A stretch of DNA of 39,080 bases from Dehalococcoidia bacterium (GCA_040882355.1 JBBEBM010000015.1:1-39080); one strand, 5' to 3'; shown: positions 25,307-34,502, counted from the first letter of the stretch. Notes: a model not told the origin generated them from the sequence alone. Program-made: numbers and translations.

Positions 25307-26746
25307 CTACTTTCCCGCTGTCGCAGGCTCCGGCGGGCGGCGATCCTGCCACGGCTGCGCCCGCTCGAAGGCGGCGCAAGCATCGATCACCGTCTGCTCG
25401 CGGAAGCCGCGGGCGATGACGTGCAGTCCGACAGGCAGGCCGGCCTTCGTCCAGCCGGCCGGCACCGACGCGGCGGGCTGGCCGGTGAGGTTGCAGATCA
25501 TCGTGAAGGGCGTCCAGGCGAACGGACGCACCTCCTTGCCGTCGATGTTCGTCGGCGGCTTACCGATCGGGAAGGGCGGCGTGACGAGCACGGGCATCAG
25601 CAGCAGGTCGTAGCGCGACAGGAACTCGTCGAAGATGTGCCAGACCTTGGCCCTGCCGGTCTCCGCCTGCACGTACTGAATGCCGGTGATCGCGCGGCCG
25701 AGGCTGAGGAAGTCGCGGCCGTAGTCGGACAGGTCGTCCGGGCGCTCGTCCAGCAGATACGCCCACGACGCCGCGTCGCTGGCAGCGGCGATCGGGAGGA
25801 ACGACCCGGCGATCGCACTGTCCTCGATCTTGGGCGCCGCCTCCTCCACCTCGCAGCCGAAGTCCGCGAAGCGACGCGCCGCGGCCTCGCAGAGCGCGCG
25901 CACTTCCGGATCGACGGTGGCCCAGCCGAGGTCGGGCGTCCAGGCGACGCGCAGCCCGAGCTTGTCGCGCTCCTTCGGCCGGTAGGAGCCGTCTCGCGCG
26001 GGGATCGCGAACGGATCGTCCGGCTCCGGGCCGGCGATGACGTCGAGCATGAGTGCCGCGTCGTCGACGGTGCGAGTCATCGGCCCGGCTTGCGACAGCG
26101 AGGGCCACGCGCCGAAGCCGCCCCAGGCATCGTTGTAGGCGGGCACGCGGCCTGTCGACGGCTTCAGGCCGAAGACGCCGCAGAAGGACGCGGGGATGCG
26201 GACCGAACCGCCACCGTCCGTGCCCACGTGCAGGTAGCCCATGCCCGTCGCCGCTGCGACGCCCGCGCCCCCGCTCGAGCCGCCCGAGGTGCGTTCAGTG
26301 TCCCACGGGTTGCGGCAGGGCGGGCCAAGCCGGTTCTCGGTCGTCGCGATCATGCCGAACTCGGGTGTGTTCGTCTTGCCCAGGATGACGGCGCCGGCGT
26401 CGCGCAGCTTGCGCACGACTGGCGCGTCGCGGTCAGGAACGAAGTCCTTGTGGATGAGCGATCCGCCGGTGGCGCGCACGCCCTTCATGTAGAGCAGGTC
26501 CTTCACGGACACCGGCAGGCCGTGCAAGGGGCCCAGCTCGTCGCCGCGCGCTACGGCGTCCTCCGCGGCCTGCGCCGTGGCGAGCGCCTCGTCGTGGAGG
26601 ACGGTGAGATAGGCGTTGTACGCGGGGTTCAGGCGGTCGATGCGCTCCAGCGCATGTCGCGTCAGCTCGACGGGCGAGAGCTCACGCGCCCGAATCGCCT
26701 CGACGACGCGGCTGGCGGGCAGGAAGCTGAGGTCGTCGTGGTTCAT
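25307..26746 (-). CDS. Amidase signature family protein
   Basis: GLPVSVKD, GKTNTPEF, GGSSGG, GTDGGGSVRIPAS. GGGAGG RBS before ATG 26746. Confidence 0.93.
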   Translation of the reverse strand: MNHDDLSFLPASRVVEAIRARELSPVELTRHALERIDRLNPAYNAYLTVLHDEALATAQAAEDAVARGDELGPLHGLPVSVKDLLYMKGVRATGGSLIHKDFVPDRDAPVVRKLRDAGAVILGKTNTPEFGMIATTENRLGPPCRNPWDTERTSGGSSGGAGVAAATGMGYLHVGTDGGGSVRIPASFCGVFGLKPSTGRVPAYNDAWGGFGAWPSLSQAGPMTRTVDDAALMLDVIAGPEPDDPFAIPARDGSYRPKERDKLGLRVAWTPDLGWATVDPEVRALCEAAARRFADFGCEVEEAAPKIEDSAIAGSFLPIAAASDAASWAYLLDERPDDLSDYGRDFLSLGRAITGIQYVQAETGRAKVWHIFDEFLSRYDLLLMPVLVTPPFPIGKPPTNIDGKEVRPFAWTPFTMICNLTGQPAASVPAGWTKAGLPVGLHVIARGFREQTVIDACAAFERAQPWQDRRPPEPATAGK

Positions 26747-26759
26747 CGGTCCTCCCATT

Positions 26760-27545
26760 CTATTCTCGGCGCGAGCGCAGCGCGAGCCACCCCGCGGCCG
26801 CTGCGAGCGCCGTGCCTCCGGTCACGAAGGCACCGAGCGCCAGCGAGGCCAGCCGCCAGCCGCCCTCAACCGACCTCGACCCGGCTGACGGCAGGGCGAT
26901 GTCCGCAGAAACCTCGGACAAGGACGTCGAGGTTGGTGACGCCGTCGCTACGGCGCCGGTCGATGTCGGTATGGGCAAGACCTCGACAACCGCGCCCTCC
27001 GTGACAACCCCGATCTCGTCAGCCAGCGGGCCGGCCAGTCCAGCGTCCAGTTCGACGGCGCTGGTGCCCGGGTTGACTGGATATACGTCAACTGTGGCCA
27101 GGACGCCCGATCCCTGCGGCCCGGCGCCAGCGCCGGTCGTGAAGCAGCCGAGGACGTACTCTTCTGGCCCTCCGCGGGAGGCGCACTGGGCCTCCCGACC
27201 CGTGCTGCCGAGGAACGCACCTGGCATGCCTCCACCCAGCCGCAAGACCTCAGGGTTGAACGTGAAGGTCAGCTCGAACGCGCCCAGCCCTTCCGAAATC
27301 TCACTTGGTCCGGGAGTCGGATCATTGTCGTCGTACGGGATCTCCGCCACCTGATCGAGACCGCTGATCTGCACCTCGAACGTGAGCGCGCCACCGTTCA
27401 CCGGCACGCTCGCCGTGGCAGGCACGATGCGCACCGTCGGCGGCGACTCCGTCTGGGCATTTGCGAGCTGTTGCGCAGGAAGTGCGCCAACCATCACGAT
27501 AGCCATCGCGGCAATTGCTGTTAGGGCTCCTCGCCATGACAACAT
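26760..27545 (-). CDS. Secreted cohesin-like protein with LPxAG sorting signal
   Basis: Signal peptide ending ANA. LGAFELTFTFNPEVL, FLGSTGR, GSGVLATV. Ser/Thr linker, LPSAG, TM helix, RSRR tail. TGcTATACT at 27605-27597. Confidence 0.7.
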   Translation of the reverse strand: MLSWRGALTAIAAMAIVMVGALPAQQLANAQTESPPTVRIVPATASVPVNGGALTFEVQISGLDQVAEIPYDDNDPTPGPSEISEGLGAFELTFTFNPEVLRLGGGMPGAFLGSTGREAQCASRGGPEEYVLGCFTTGAGAGPQGSGVLATVDVYPVNPGTSAVELDAGLAGPLADEIGVVTEGAVVEVLPIPTSTGAVATASPTSTSLSEVSADIALPSAGSRSVEGGWRLASLALGAFVTGGTALAAAAGWLALRSRRE

Positions 27546-27606
27546 GGCGCCGCCTCCTCTCGTCTCAACCGGCGGGTACCGGGTCGCCGGCGGCCTAGTA
27601 TAGCAG

Positions 27607-29502
27607 CTACGCGGTCACGGGCGCCGCCAGCGCTTCGACGATCTGCACCGCCTCCGGCGCGATCTCGCGACAGGCGTCGCAGCGGATGCAGCGCGCGTCG
27701 TCGATGCGCCAGCCGGCCGGGCCCGTGCTCGACGCCTCCACCTGCGAGATCGCCTCGGTCGGGCAGATGGCGGCGGCTTCTGGCAGTTGGGGGCTGTCGC
27801 CCGTGATCTCGTAGCGGATCAGGTCGCGACAGACCTTCGCCGGGCAGCGCTTGTTGACGATGTGCTCGTCGATCTCCTCGCGGAAGTACTCCGCGCTCTT
27901 GAGCATGATCGTCGGCGATGCCGAGCCATGGACGCAGTTCGACCACTGGAGCGCCTGGCCCAGGATGCCCATCTTGTCGTAGTCGTCCTCACGGCCGCGC
28001 CCGCTGGCGATCCGACGGAAGATCTCGACCATGCGCTGTGTGCCGCCGTGACAGGTCGTGCAGCGCCCGCAGGACTCGTCCTCGAGAAACCACGAGAACA
28101 TGATGTTCAGATCGACGATGCACGCCGAGTCGTCGATGAAGACGATGCCGCCGCCGCCCATGATCACGCCTTGCTCTCGGAACACCTCGGGCTCCATCGT
28201 CAGCTTCAGCGCGAGGTGGCCCGGCAGGATGCCGGCGAGCGCGGCGCCCGCCTGCACCGCCTTCAGGATCGGGCGCTCCTGCCACGGCTCCGGGTAGAGC
28301 GTCTCGTAGAGGGCGCGGAACGGGAAGCCAAAGGGCAGCTCCAGCACGCCGACTTCGCGGATGTGGCCCGAGAAGCTGAAGATCTTCGTGCCGCGGTTAC
28401 GCTCCGTGCCCACGGAGTTGTAGTGATCGAGGCCCTTCTGCATGAGCAGGGCGACGCAGCTATACGTCTCGACGTTGTTCACGTTCGTGGGCTGCGCGAA
28501 AACGCCCGCGTCGGCGGGATACGGCGGGCGGATGCGCGGCATCCCGCGCGCGTCGTCGAGCGAGGCGAGCAGGCCCGACTCTTCGCCGCAGACGTACGAC
28601 CCGGCGCCGCGCCAGACCTCCACATCGAACTTCATGCCGCTGCCGAGCACGTCATCGCCCAGCAGCCCCCGCTCCCGTGCCTGCTCGACCGCTCTCTCCA
28701 TGCGTTCGATGGCGAGCGGGTACTCGTCGCGCAGGTAGACGAAGGCAAAGCTGGCGCCGGTGGCGTACGCCGCGATCAGCATCCCTTCGACCACTGAGTG
28801 CGGGTCGCTCTCCATCAGGATGCGGTTCACGAACGCGCCCGGGTCGCCCTCGTCGGCGTTGCAGATCAGGTACTTGGGCTCGCGCGTCTTGCCGCGTAGG
28901 AAGTCCCACTTCTGTCCCGTCGGGAAGTTCGAGCCGCTTCGCCCTCGCAACGTCGAGTCCTGCACCGTCTTGATCACATCTTCCGGCGACTGCTCCAGCG
29001 CCTGCGCCAGCCCCGAGTAGCCACCGGTCGCCAGGTAGTGGTCGATGTTCTCGGGATCGATGACGCCGCAGCGCGCAAGCAGCCTGCGGTCCTGCAGCGC
29101 CCAGAACGGCACGTCGGTTAGCGGTTGCACGCCCTCGACTGCGAGGTCGCCGACGGACGCGAACGCGAGGTCTCGACAGACGCCGTCCCGCGCCAGCGCC
29201 TCGTCGACGAGCTGCGCGACGCGGTCCGGCGTCACCTTCTGGTAGAGGACGACGCTGCCGTCCGGCTTGCGCACCTCGACCAGCGGCTCGACCCAGCAGA
29301 GCCCGGTCTCGCCGATCGTGCCGACATCGACGGCGAGGCCGCGCTCGCGCACTTCGCGCTGGAGCGCATCGAGCGTCTCGAGCGCGCCGCCCGGCACGCT
29401 GCACGTCGCGACCGGCACGCGGACCAGCGTCCGGACCGGCCGCTCGACGGCGGCCCACGCCTCTTCAGCGCGTTTGCGCAGCTCTTCGTATGCCTTCAGC
29501 AT
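27607..29502 (-). CDS. NuoF/HydB-like NADH-binding flavoprotein with N-terminal thioredoxin-like ferredoxin and C-terminal ferredoxin domains
   Basis: LRGRSGSNFPTG, CNADEGDPGAF, GAGSYVCGEE, NNVET, ESCGRCTTC, CPAKVC, CIRCDAC. Confidence 0.88.
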   Translation of the reverse strand: MLKAYEELRKRAEEAWAAVERPVRTLVRVPVATCSVPGGALETLDALQREVRERGLAVDVGTIGETGLCWVEPLVEVRKPDGSVVLYQKVTPDRVAQLVDEALARDGVCRDLAFASVGDLAVEGVQPLTDVPFWALQDRRLLARCGVIDPENIDHYLATGGYSGLAQALEQSPEDVIKTVQDSTLRGRSGSNFPTGQKWDFLRGKTREPKYLICNADEGDPGAFVNRILMESDPHSVVEGMLIAAYATGASFAFVYLRDEYPLAIERMERAVEQARERGLLGDDVLGSGMKFDVEVWRGAGSYVCGEESGLLASLDDARGMPRIRPPYPADAGVFAQPTNVNNVETYSCVALLMQKGLDHYNSVGTERNRGTKIFSFSGHIREVGVLELPFGFPFRALYETLYPEPWQERPILKAVQAGAALAGILPGHLALKLTMEPEVFREQGVIMGGGGIVFIDDSACIVDLNIMFSWFLEDESCGRCTTCHGGTQRMVEIFRRIASGRGREDDYDKMGILGQALQWSNCVHGSASPTIMLKSAEYFREEIDEHIVNKRCPAKVCRDLIRYEITGDSPQLPEAAAICPTEAISQVEASSTGPAGWRIDDARCIRCDACREIAPEAVQIVEALAAPVTA

Positions 29503-29514
29503 AGCTTTTGATTA

Positions 29515-29597
29515 GCCACAGGTTGACACAGATGAAACACAGATTTTGCCGACCGGCGGAGCGTAATTCTCCGGTATCTGTGTTCATCTGTGGCCAT
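29515..29597. repeat. CACAGATGAAACAC-family element between the nuoE-like and nuoF-like genes
   Basis: Inverted counterpart of 25181-25270. Fills almost the whole intergenic gap. Confidence 0.8.
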
Positions 29598-29599
29598 TC

Positions 29600-30073
29600 C
29601 TAGGCGTTTCCCTTCAGCTCTCGCGCGAGATGAATCGTCTCCGCCGCGGTGAGCGGGCCGATCACCTTGCCGTTCACCCAGACCTGCGGCGCAAAGTCGC
29701 ACGTGCCGTTGCACTGCGCCAGGTGCAGCCCGACCTTGTCCCCAGGCGTGTTTTGCTCCATCCCGATGCCCAGCACCGCCTCGAGGGCGCGCCGGACGTG
29801 CTCGCCACCCTTGAGGCGGCAGGCCGGCCCGCTGCACCAGTCGATGCGCGTCTCCGGCTGCGGGATCGTGCGCAGCTCAGCGTAGAACGTGACGGCGCCG
29901 TAGACGTGCGCCTCGCCCAGGTGGAGCTGGCGCGCGACGACGGGGATCGCTTCCTTGGGCACGTAGCCGTAGCGATGCTGCACCTTGTGCAGCGCCGGGA
30001 TCAGATCGGCGCTGCCGGGCTGGAACTCGGCGATGAGCTGCTGGACTTCGAGCGTAGCTTCGGTTTCAAGCAC
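29600..30073 (-). CDS. NuoE/HydC-like [2Fe-2S] subunit
   Basis: LIPALHKVQHRYGYVP, VYGAVTFY, CSGPAC...CNGTC. TATAGT -10 at 30115-30110. Confidence 0.9.
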   Translation of the reverse strand: MLETEATLEVQQLIAEFQPGSADLIPALHKVQHRYGYVPKEAIPVVARQLHLGEAHVYGAVTFYAELRTIPQPETRIDWCSGPACRLKGGEHVRRALEAVLGIGMEQNTPGDKVGLHLAQCNGTCDFAPQVWVNGKVIGPLTAAETIHLARELKGNA

Positions 30074-30152
30074 GGAGGTCTCCGGCTAGCTTCGTTCGTG
30101 CGTCTCGTCACTATACAGGGTCGGGGGGTCGAGGGTCGAGGGTCACGACGCG

Positions 30153-31319
30153 CTAGACCGCGCAGCTCGCCGCCAGGCTCGACAGCGCGGTGATGCGGCG
30201 GCCCATGGTCAGCCAGTCGACGAAGCCGTTGGTGCAGTAGGCGAGCGAGATGCCGGTCTCCGGATCGCCCCAGGCGATCTGCCCGCCCGCGCCGCCGTGC
30301 CCGAACGCCCTCGGCGAGGCGGTGCGGCCGAAGCCACGCATGAACGCGTTACCGTCGTCGCCGGCGACGACGACGCCGCGCGCCCGGTTCACGGGGTGCT
30401 CGAAGACGGCGTCGCGATGGCGGTCCGTGGTGCGGACGGTCGTCGCGAACTCGATCGTCTCGGGCTTGAGGATGCGCCGCCTGGCCGCCGTCTGTCCGCC
30501 GTTCACCAGCGGCTGGTAGAACAGCGCGAACTCCGCCGCCGTCGCGAAGGCGCCCGCGCCCGGCACGCCCGCCCGACGCGCATGCGGCTCGTTGAAACGC
30601 AGGATCGCCTCCGGCGTCACCTCCCCGAAGCCGCCGGGCGGCTCCACCGGCTCGCTCATGTATCGAACGTCGGCGGCGCGCGCGTGCCGGTCGTCCGGCA
30701 GGCCGACGTACAGCTCGTCGAGGCCCATTGGGCCGGTGAGCCGCTCGCGGATGAAGTCACGGTAGTTCGTGCCGGTTCGGCGCTCGATGATCTCCGACAG
30801 CACCCAGTGCGCGCTCGTCGCGTGGTACTCGAAGCGGCTGCCCGGCTCCCACGTCAGCCGCCAGCGCGAGAACGCCTCGAGCATCTTCTCGGGCGAAGCC
30901 CAGTCAGAGTGGCGGTACGGCGCGCGCGGGAAGCCGCTCGTGTGGGTGAGCACCTGCTCGACGGTGACGGCCTCCTTGCCGTTCGTCGCGAACTCGGGGA
31001 TGATGTCGCCGACGCGCTGGTCGAGCCGGAGCAGGCCGTCCTCGAAGAGCAGCCACACCGCGACGCCGACGACCGCCTTCGTGGCTGAGAAGAAGCAATA
31101 GAGCGTGTCGTCCGTCGCCGGCCGCTCGACGCCGCCCTGGGCCGCCGAGCCGAAGGTGCGCATGCCGGCCAGCTTGCCCCGTCGCGCGACGGCGACCTGC
31201 GCGCTGGGCAGGGTGCCGTCATCCACGTCGCGTTGGGCACGGGCGAAGACGGCCTCCAGCCGCTCCGCGTCGATACCGACGTCCTCGGGTGTGCTCGCGA
31301 GAGCCGTCGCGTCGATCAT
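30153..31319 (-). CDS. Serine hydrolase, beta-lactamase class C/esterase family
   Basis: FSATK (SxxK), LTHTSG, FEYH, FGHGGAGG. AAGGAGG RBS before ATG 31319. TATACT upstream. Confidence 0.9.
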   Translation of the reverse strand: MIDATALASTPEDVGIDAERLEAVFARAQRDVDDGTLPSAQVAVARRGKLAGMRTFGSAAQGGVERPATDDTLYCFFSATKAVVGVAVWLLFEDGLLRLDQRVGDIIPEFATNGKEAVTVEQVLTHTSGFPRAPYRHSDWASPEKMLEAFSRWRLTWEPGSRFEYHATSAHWVLSEIIERRTGTNYRDFIRERLTGPMGLDELYVGLPDDRHARAADVRYMSEPVEPPGGFGEVTPEAILRFNEPHARRAGVPGAGAFATAAEFALFYQPLVNGGQTAARRRILKPETIEFATTVRTTDRHRDAVFEHPVNRARGVVVAGDDGNAFMRGFGRTASPRAFGHGGAGGQIAWGDPETGISLAYCTNGFVDWLTMGRRITALSSLAASCAV

Positions 31320-31532
31320 GTCGCGCCCTCCTTCACCGGCTTGCGGCAGTATAGCGAACGACAAGCCGTGCCTACGCGAAACCGCAACAGATTCCGACCT
31401 GGCCGATTGGAGGAGAGCGCCCAAGCCTAGCCGAAGCAGTAATGGCACATCTCGAAGGTCAGATCGCGGTCGGGACCCTCACGCTGGGGCCGGACAGACC
31501 TGAAGGTCTGTCCCTACGCCCCCTGGCGCTCG

Positions 31533-32720
31533 CTAGGCCGCGGCTTCGCGCGCGGGCGCGGCCCGGCGGCCGGAGCGGCGGCGGCGCTTCTCGGCGTACA
31601 TGGCGCGGTCGGCGACGCGCATGAGGTCGATGATCGTTTGGGCTTCGCCGGGGTACGCGGCGAAGCCGACGCTGGCCGCCAGAGCGACCTTACCCGCAGG
31701 CGACCGCCGGCGCGAGCCGTTCAGCAGCGCCCGGTCGACGCGCTCCTGATAGCGCTCCGCTGCCGCCGGGTCCGCGCCGGGCAGGACAGCGATGAACTCG
31801 TCACCGCCGTACCGCCCGACAACGGCGCCCCTGGCCGATAGCGCCTTCACGAGCGCGATCAGCGCGGCGTCGCCCGCCGGGTGGCCGTAGGTGTCGTTGA
31901 TCTGCTTCATACCGTCGACGTCTGCCAGCGCGAGGATGAACGGCGTCGTCCCCCGCTCGGGCGCGATCAGCGCCTCGAGCTCTTCCATGATGCCGCCGTG
32001 ATTGAGCGCCCGCGTGAGCGGGTCGCGGCGCGCGCGCTCTCGTTCGACTTCGACTTCGCGCTTGAGCATCTCCTCCAGCCGCTTGTGCTCCGTGATGTCG
32101 CGCGAGAAGATCGCCAGCCGCACGACCTGCTCGTCCTCGTCGACAACCGGGTAGATCGTGTTGTCCATCCACAGCCCGCTGCGCTCGTCCACGAAGCGGG
32201 CCGGCTGGCCTGACGCGAGGACCTCGGAGTTTCGCGCGCGCCGCACGTTCTCCAGATCGGAAGGAAAGAAGGCGAACACGTCGCGGCCGACGAAGGCCTT
32301 CGGGTCATCGACGTCCAGACCGGCGATGGCGCTCAGCCTGGTGCGCGCCACTTCGTTGAGGGCGACGATCGTGCCGTCGGTCTCGATGAGCAGGGCGGCC
32401 TCGCTGGGGGCGTTGAGCAGAGCGCGCGCCGTCTCCTCGCTCTGACGCAGGGCGGCTTGGATGCGCTCGCGCTCCGCAGCCTCGCCGCGCAGCCGCTGGT
32501 TCGTCGTCGCCTCACGCTGCAACAAGCGATGCCGGTACGATGCTACAAACACCGCCACCATGGCGAGCGCGGTGACGGCCAGCAGGCCGCCGTAGAGCTG
32601 GGCGCGCTCGCTGAGGCCGGGTGCGATCAGGGCCCATGCGAGCAGGATCAGCAGCACGAAGAGGCCAAGCGGGACGCTGAGCCATTCCTTGCGGCGCTGC
32701 GGTTCTTCCTTGAGCTTCAC
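31533..32720 (-). CDS. Membrane PAS-GGDEF diguanylate cyclase
   Basis: Two TM helices, coiled coil, PAS/PAC (RDITEHK), DPLT, DVDGMKQINDTYGH.AGD, RYGGDEF, ADRAMY. Start uncertain (GTG 32720 chosen). Confidence 0.88.
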   Translation of the reverse strand: MKLKEEPQRRKEWLSVPLGLFVLLILLAWALIAPGLSERAQLYGGLLAVTALAMVAVFVASYRHRLLQREATTNQRLRGEAAERERIQAALRQSEETARALLNAPSEAALLIETDGTIVALNEVARTRLSAIAGLDVDDPKAFVGRDVFAFFPSDLENVRRARNSEVLASGQPARFVDERSGLWMDNTIYPVVDEDEQVVRLAIFSRDITEHKRLEEMLKREVEVERERARRDPLTRALNHGGIMEELEALIAPERGTTPFILALADVDGMKQINDTYGHPAGDAALIALVKALSARGAVVGRYGGDEFIAVLPGADPAAAERYQERVDRALLNGSRRRSPAGKVALAASVGFAAYPGEAQTIIDLMRVADRAMYAEKRRRRSGRRAAPAREAAA

Positions 32721-32820
32721 CTGTCGTCTTTTGGGTGCAATCTTGACGGCGGCGTTAGCGCCGTCTGGTGTAGTATCGACTCCTGGATGTACGACGTTAG
32801 GCCGAGGTGCCCGCCGCGCA

Positions 32821-32846
32821 GGGCGGGTCTGAGACCCGCCCCTACA
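32821..32846. repeat. GTAG-family REP GGGCGGGTCTGAGACCCGCCCCTACA
   Basis: Identical 26-mers at 32821-32846, 33963-33988 and 38995-39020. Confidence 0.9.
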
Positions 32847-32934
32847 CGCCACCCCGCCCCACGGCCCCACCCACGAGGGGGCACTGACTCGGCACAATCG
32901 GGGCGGCTCGCCGCCGATGCGATACCATGGCTGC

Positions 32935-33864
32935 GTGGACGACCAGCCTATCGACGAGGCGTCGGGTTCGCCCCTGTCGCGCCTGCTCGAGCAGCTCAAC
33001 CTGGAGCGCGTCGAGGAGGACGCCTTCGTGGGGGCGCCCGGCGACGGCTGGCGCCGGCTGTTCGGCGGGCACGTCGCGGCCCAGGCCGTCGTCGCCGCCT
33101 ACCGCACCGTGCCGGAAGGGGCGATCCACTCGCTGCACGCGTACTTCGTGCGCCCTGGACGGCAGGACGAGTCGATACGTTATGTCGTGCATCGCATCCG
33201 CGACGGCCGCACGTTCACGACTCGCGACGTGGTCGCGTACCAGTCGGACAAGGCGATCTTCAACCTCTCCTGCAGCTTCGCGAAGCCTGAGGAGGGCGTA
33301 TCGCGCAGCCAGACGCCTCCCGACGTGCCCGGGCCCGACGGCCTGCCACCGTGGGGGTTCCCGCCCTGGGGCCGGTCGCGGGACCGCGAGCGCGTCGTCT
33401 CGTTCGAGCGCGGGAGCGCGATCGAGATGCGCAGCGTCGACGGCGTTTCGCCGCCGCCGGACGACATGCCGCGCCGGCGCGTCTGGATGCGGGTGCGCGG
33501 CACGCCGCCGGAAGACCCGGCGATCCACGCGGCGCTGCTCACCTACGCCAGCGACCGCGGGTTTATCGCGACGGCCCACGCGCGGCCGCCGGGCGCGACG
33601 GCGCACGCACGGCGCGAGACCAGCCCAGGGCCGGGCGAGCGCCCGCCCGGCGGGACGCGGCCGGCAGGGCCCGGCTCGTCGGCGAGCCTGGACCACGCGA
33701 TCTGGTTCCACCGACCGCCTCGCTTCGACGACTGGCTGCTCTTCACCAGCGAAAGCCCGGTCGCGCACGCGGCCCGCGCGCTCATCCTGGGCCAGATGTA
33801 CCGCGCCGACGGCGTCCAGGTGGCCTCGGTGGTGCAAGAGGCGCTGGTCAGACCGGCGAGGTAG
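32935..33864 (+). CDS. tesB: Acyl-CoA thioesterase II
   Basis: LFGGHVAAQA, HSLHAYF, RDGRTF, YASD, SLDHAIWFHRP, VASVVQE. GTG 6 nt after TACCAT. Confidence 0.9.
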   Translation: MDDQPIDEASGSPLSRLLEQLNLERVEEDAFVGAPGDGWRRLFGGHVAAQAVVAAYRTVPEGAIHSLHAYFVRPGRQDESIRYVVHRIRDGRTFTTRDVVAYQSDKAIFNLSCSFAKPEEGVSRSQTPPDVPGPDGLPPWGFPPWGRSRDRERVVSFERGSAIEMRSVDGVSPPPDDMPRRRVWMRVRGTPPEDPAIHAALLTYASDRGFIATAHARPPGATAHARRETSPGPGERPPGGTRPAGPGSSASLDHAIWFHRPPRFDDWLLFTSESPVAHAARALILGQMYRADGVQVASVVQEALVRPAR

Positions 33865-34278
33865 GCGGTCGCTGGTCCCTTCGACTCCGCTCAGGGCAGT
33901 CGCTGGAGGGCCCACGACCCGGGTCGCCAGCGATCCTGCGACCTGGCTCAGGGCGGCGTTGCGGGCGGGTCTGAGACCCGCCCCTACATCAGCCCGCACC
34001 CCGCCTCGTTCATCGCGAGGTCGACGCTTGATTGACCAGTCCGTTTGGCAAAACCCTCTTTTCAACGGATGACCTCCGAAGCTAGCCGGCGCCCTTGCTG
34101 GGGGCGCTGAATCTGGGCGGATCGTTTGATTGATCCCGCGCCGGTAGCAAGTCGATTCCGCCCGCCAATGCTTGCTGGCGCCCATCTCCTGCGACGGGCT
34201 GTGCGCACCGTGAACATCGTGGGTGCGCAGTGGCCGCGACCCTGGACCCGCGACCCACGGATCGTGGCGGTTGGTTCG

Positions 34279-34298
34279 GCAAAAACGCCTTTTTGCGC
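34279..34298. repeat. 20-bp repeat on the left of the KAP gene
   Basis: GCAAAAACGCCTTTTTGCGC, an 18/20 match to the reverse complement of 38200-38219. Confidence 0.6.
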
Positions 34299-34502
34299 GG
34301 ACCACGGCCCTCCTCCGCCCCGACATCGAATCTGAGCACCCGAGCCTCAGCCGGCGCACTCGCACGATGAGTTATCGAGGGTCAGGATACGCCCCGACGG
34401 CGGGAGCGCGAAGGGGTGGGTGGCATGCAGTCGCGCCCGCGCCTATCTTGGGCGGGGAGCCGAACGAGCGCCGAACCAAGTCGCCCCTCGCTCCAGCTCT
34501 TC

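Noticed and set aside
25307..26746. gatA (Glu-tRNA amidotransferase subunit A)
   Set aside because: No gatB or gatC nearby and the context is catabolic. Called a generic amidase.
27607..30073. Respiratory complex I (nuo) operon
   Set aside because: No other nuo genes are adjacent and the F-like subunit has extra HydB-type domains, so gene symbols were not assigned.
33990..34500. Short ORFs or an ncRNA in the KAP downstream flank (also 37884-38349)
   Set aside because: The ORFs lack RBS and motifs. The shared AKTPFCA peptide is just the translated 20-bp repeat. No known RNA family is recognisable by eye.
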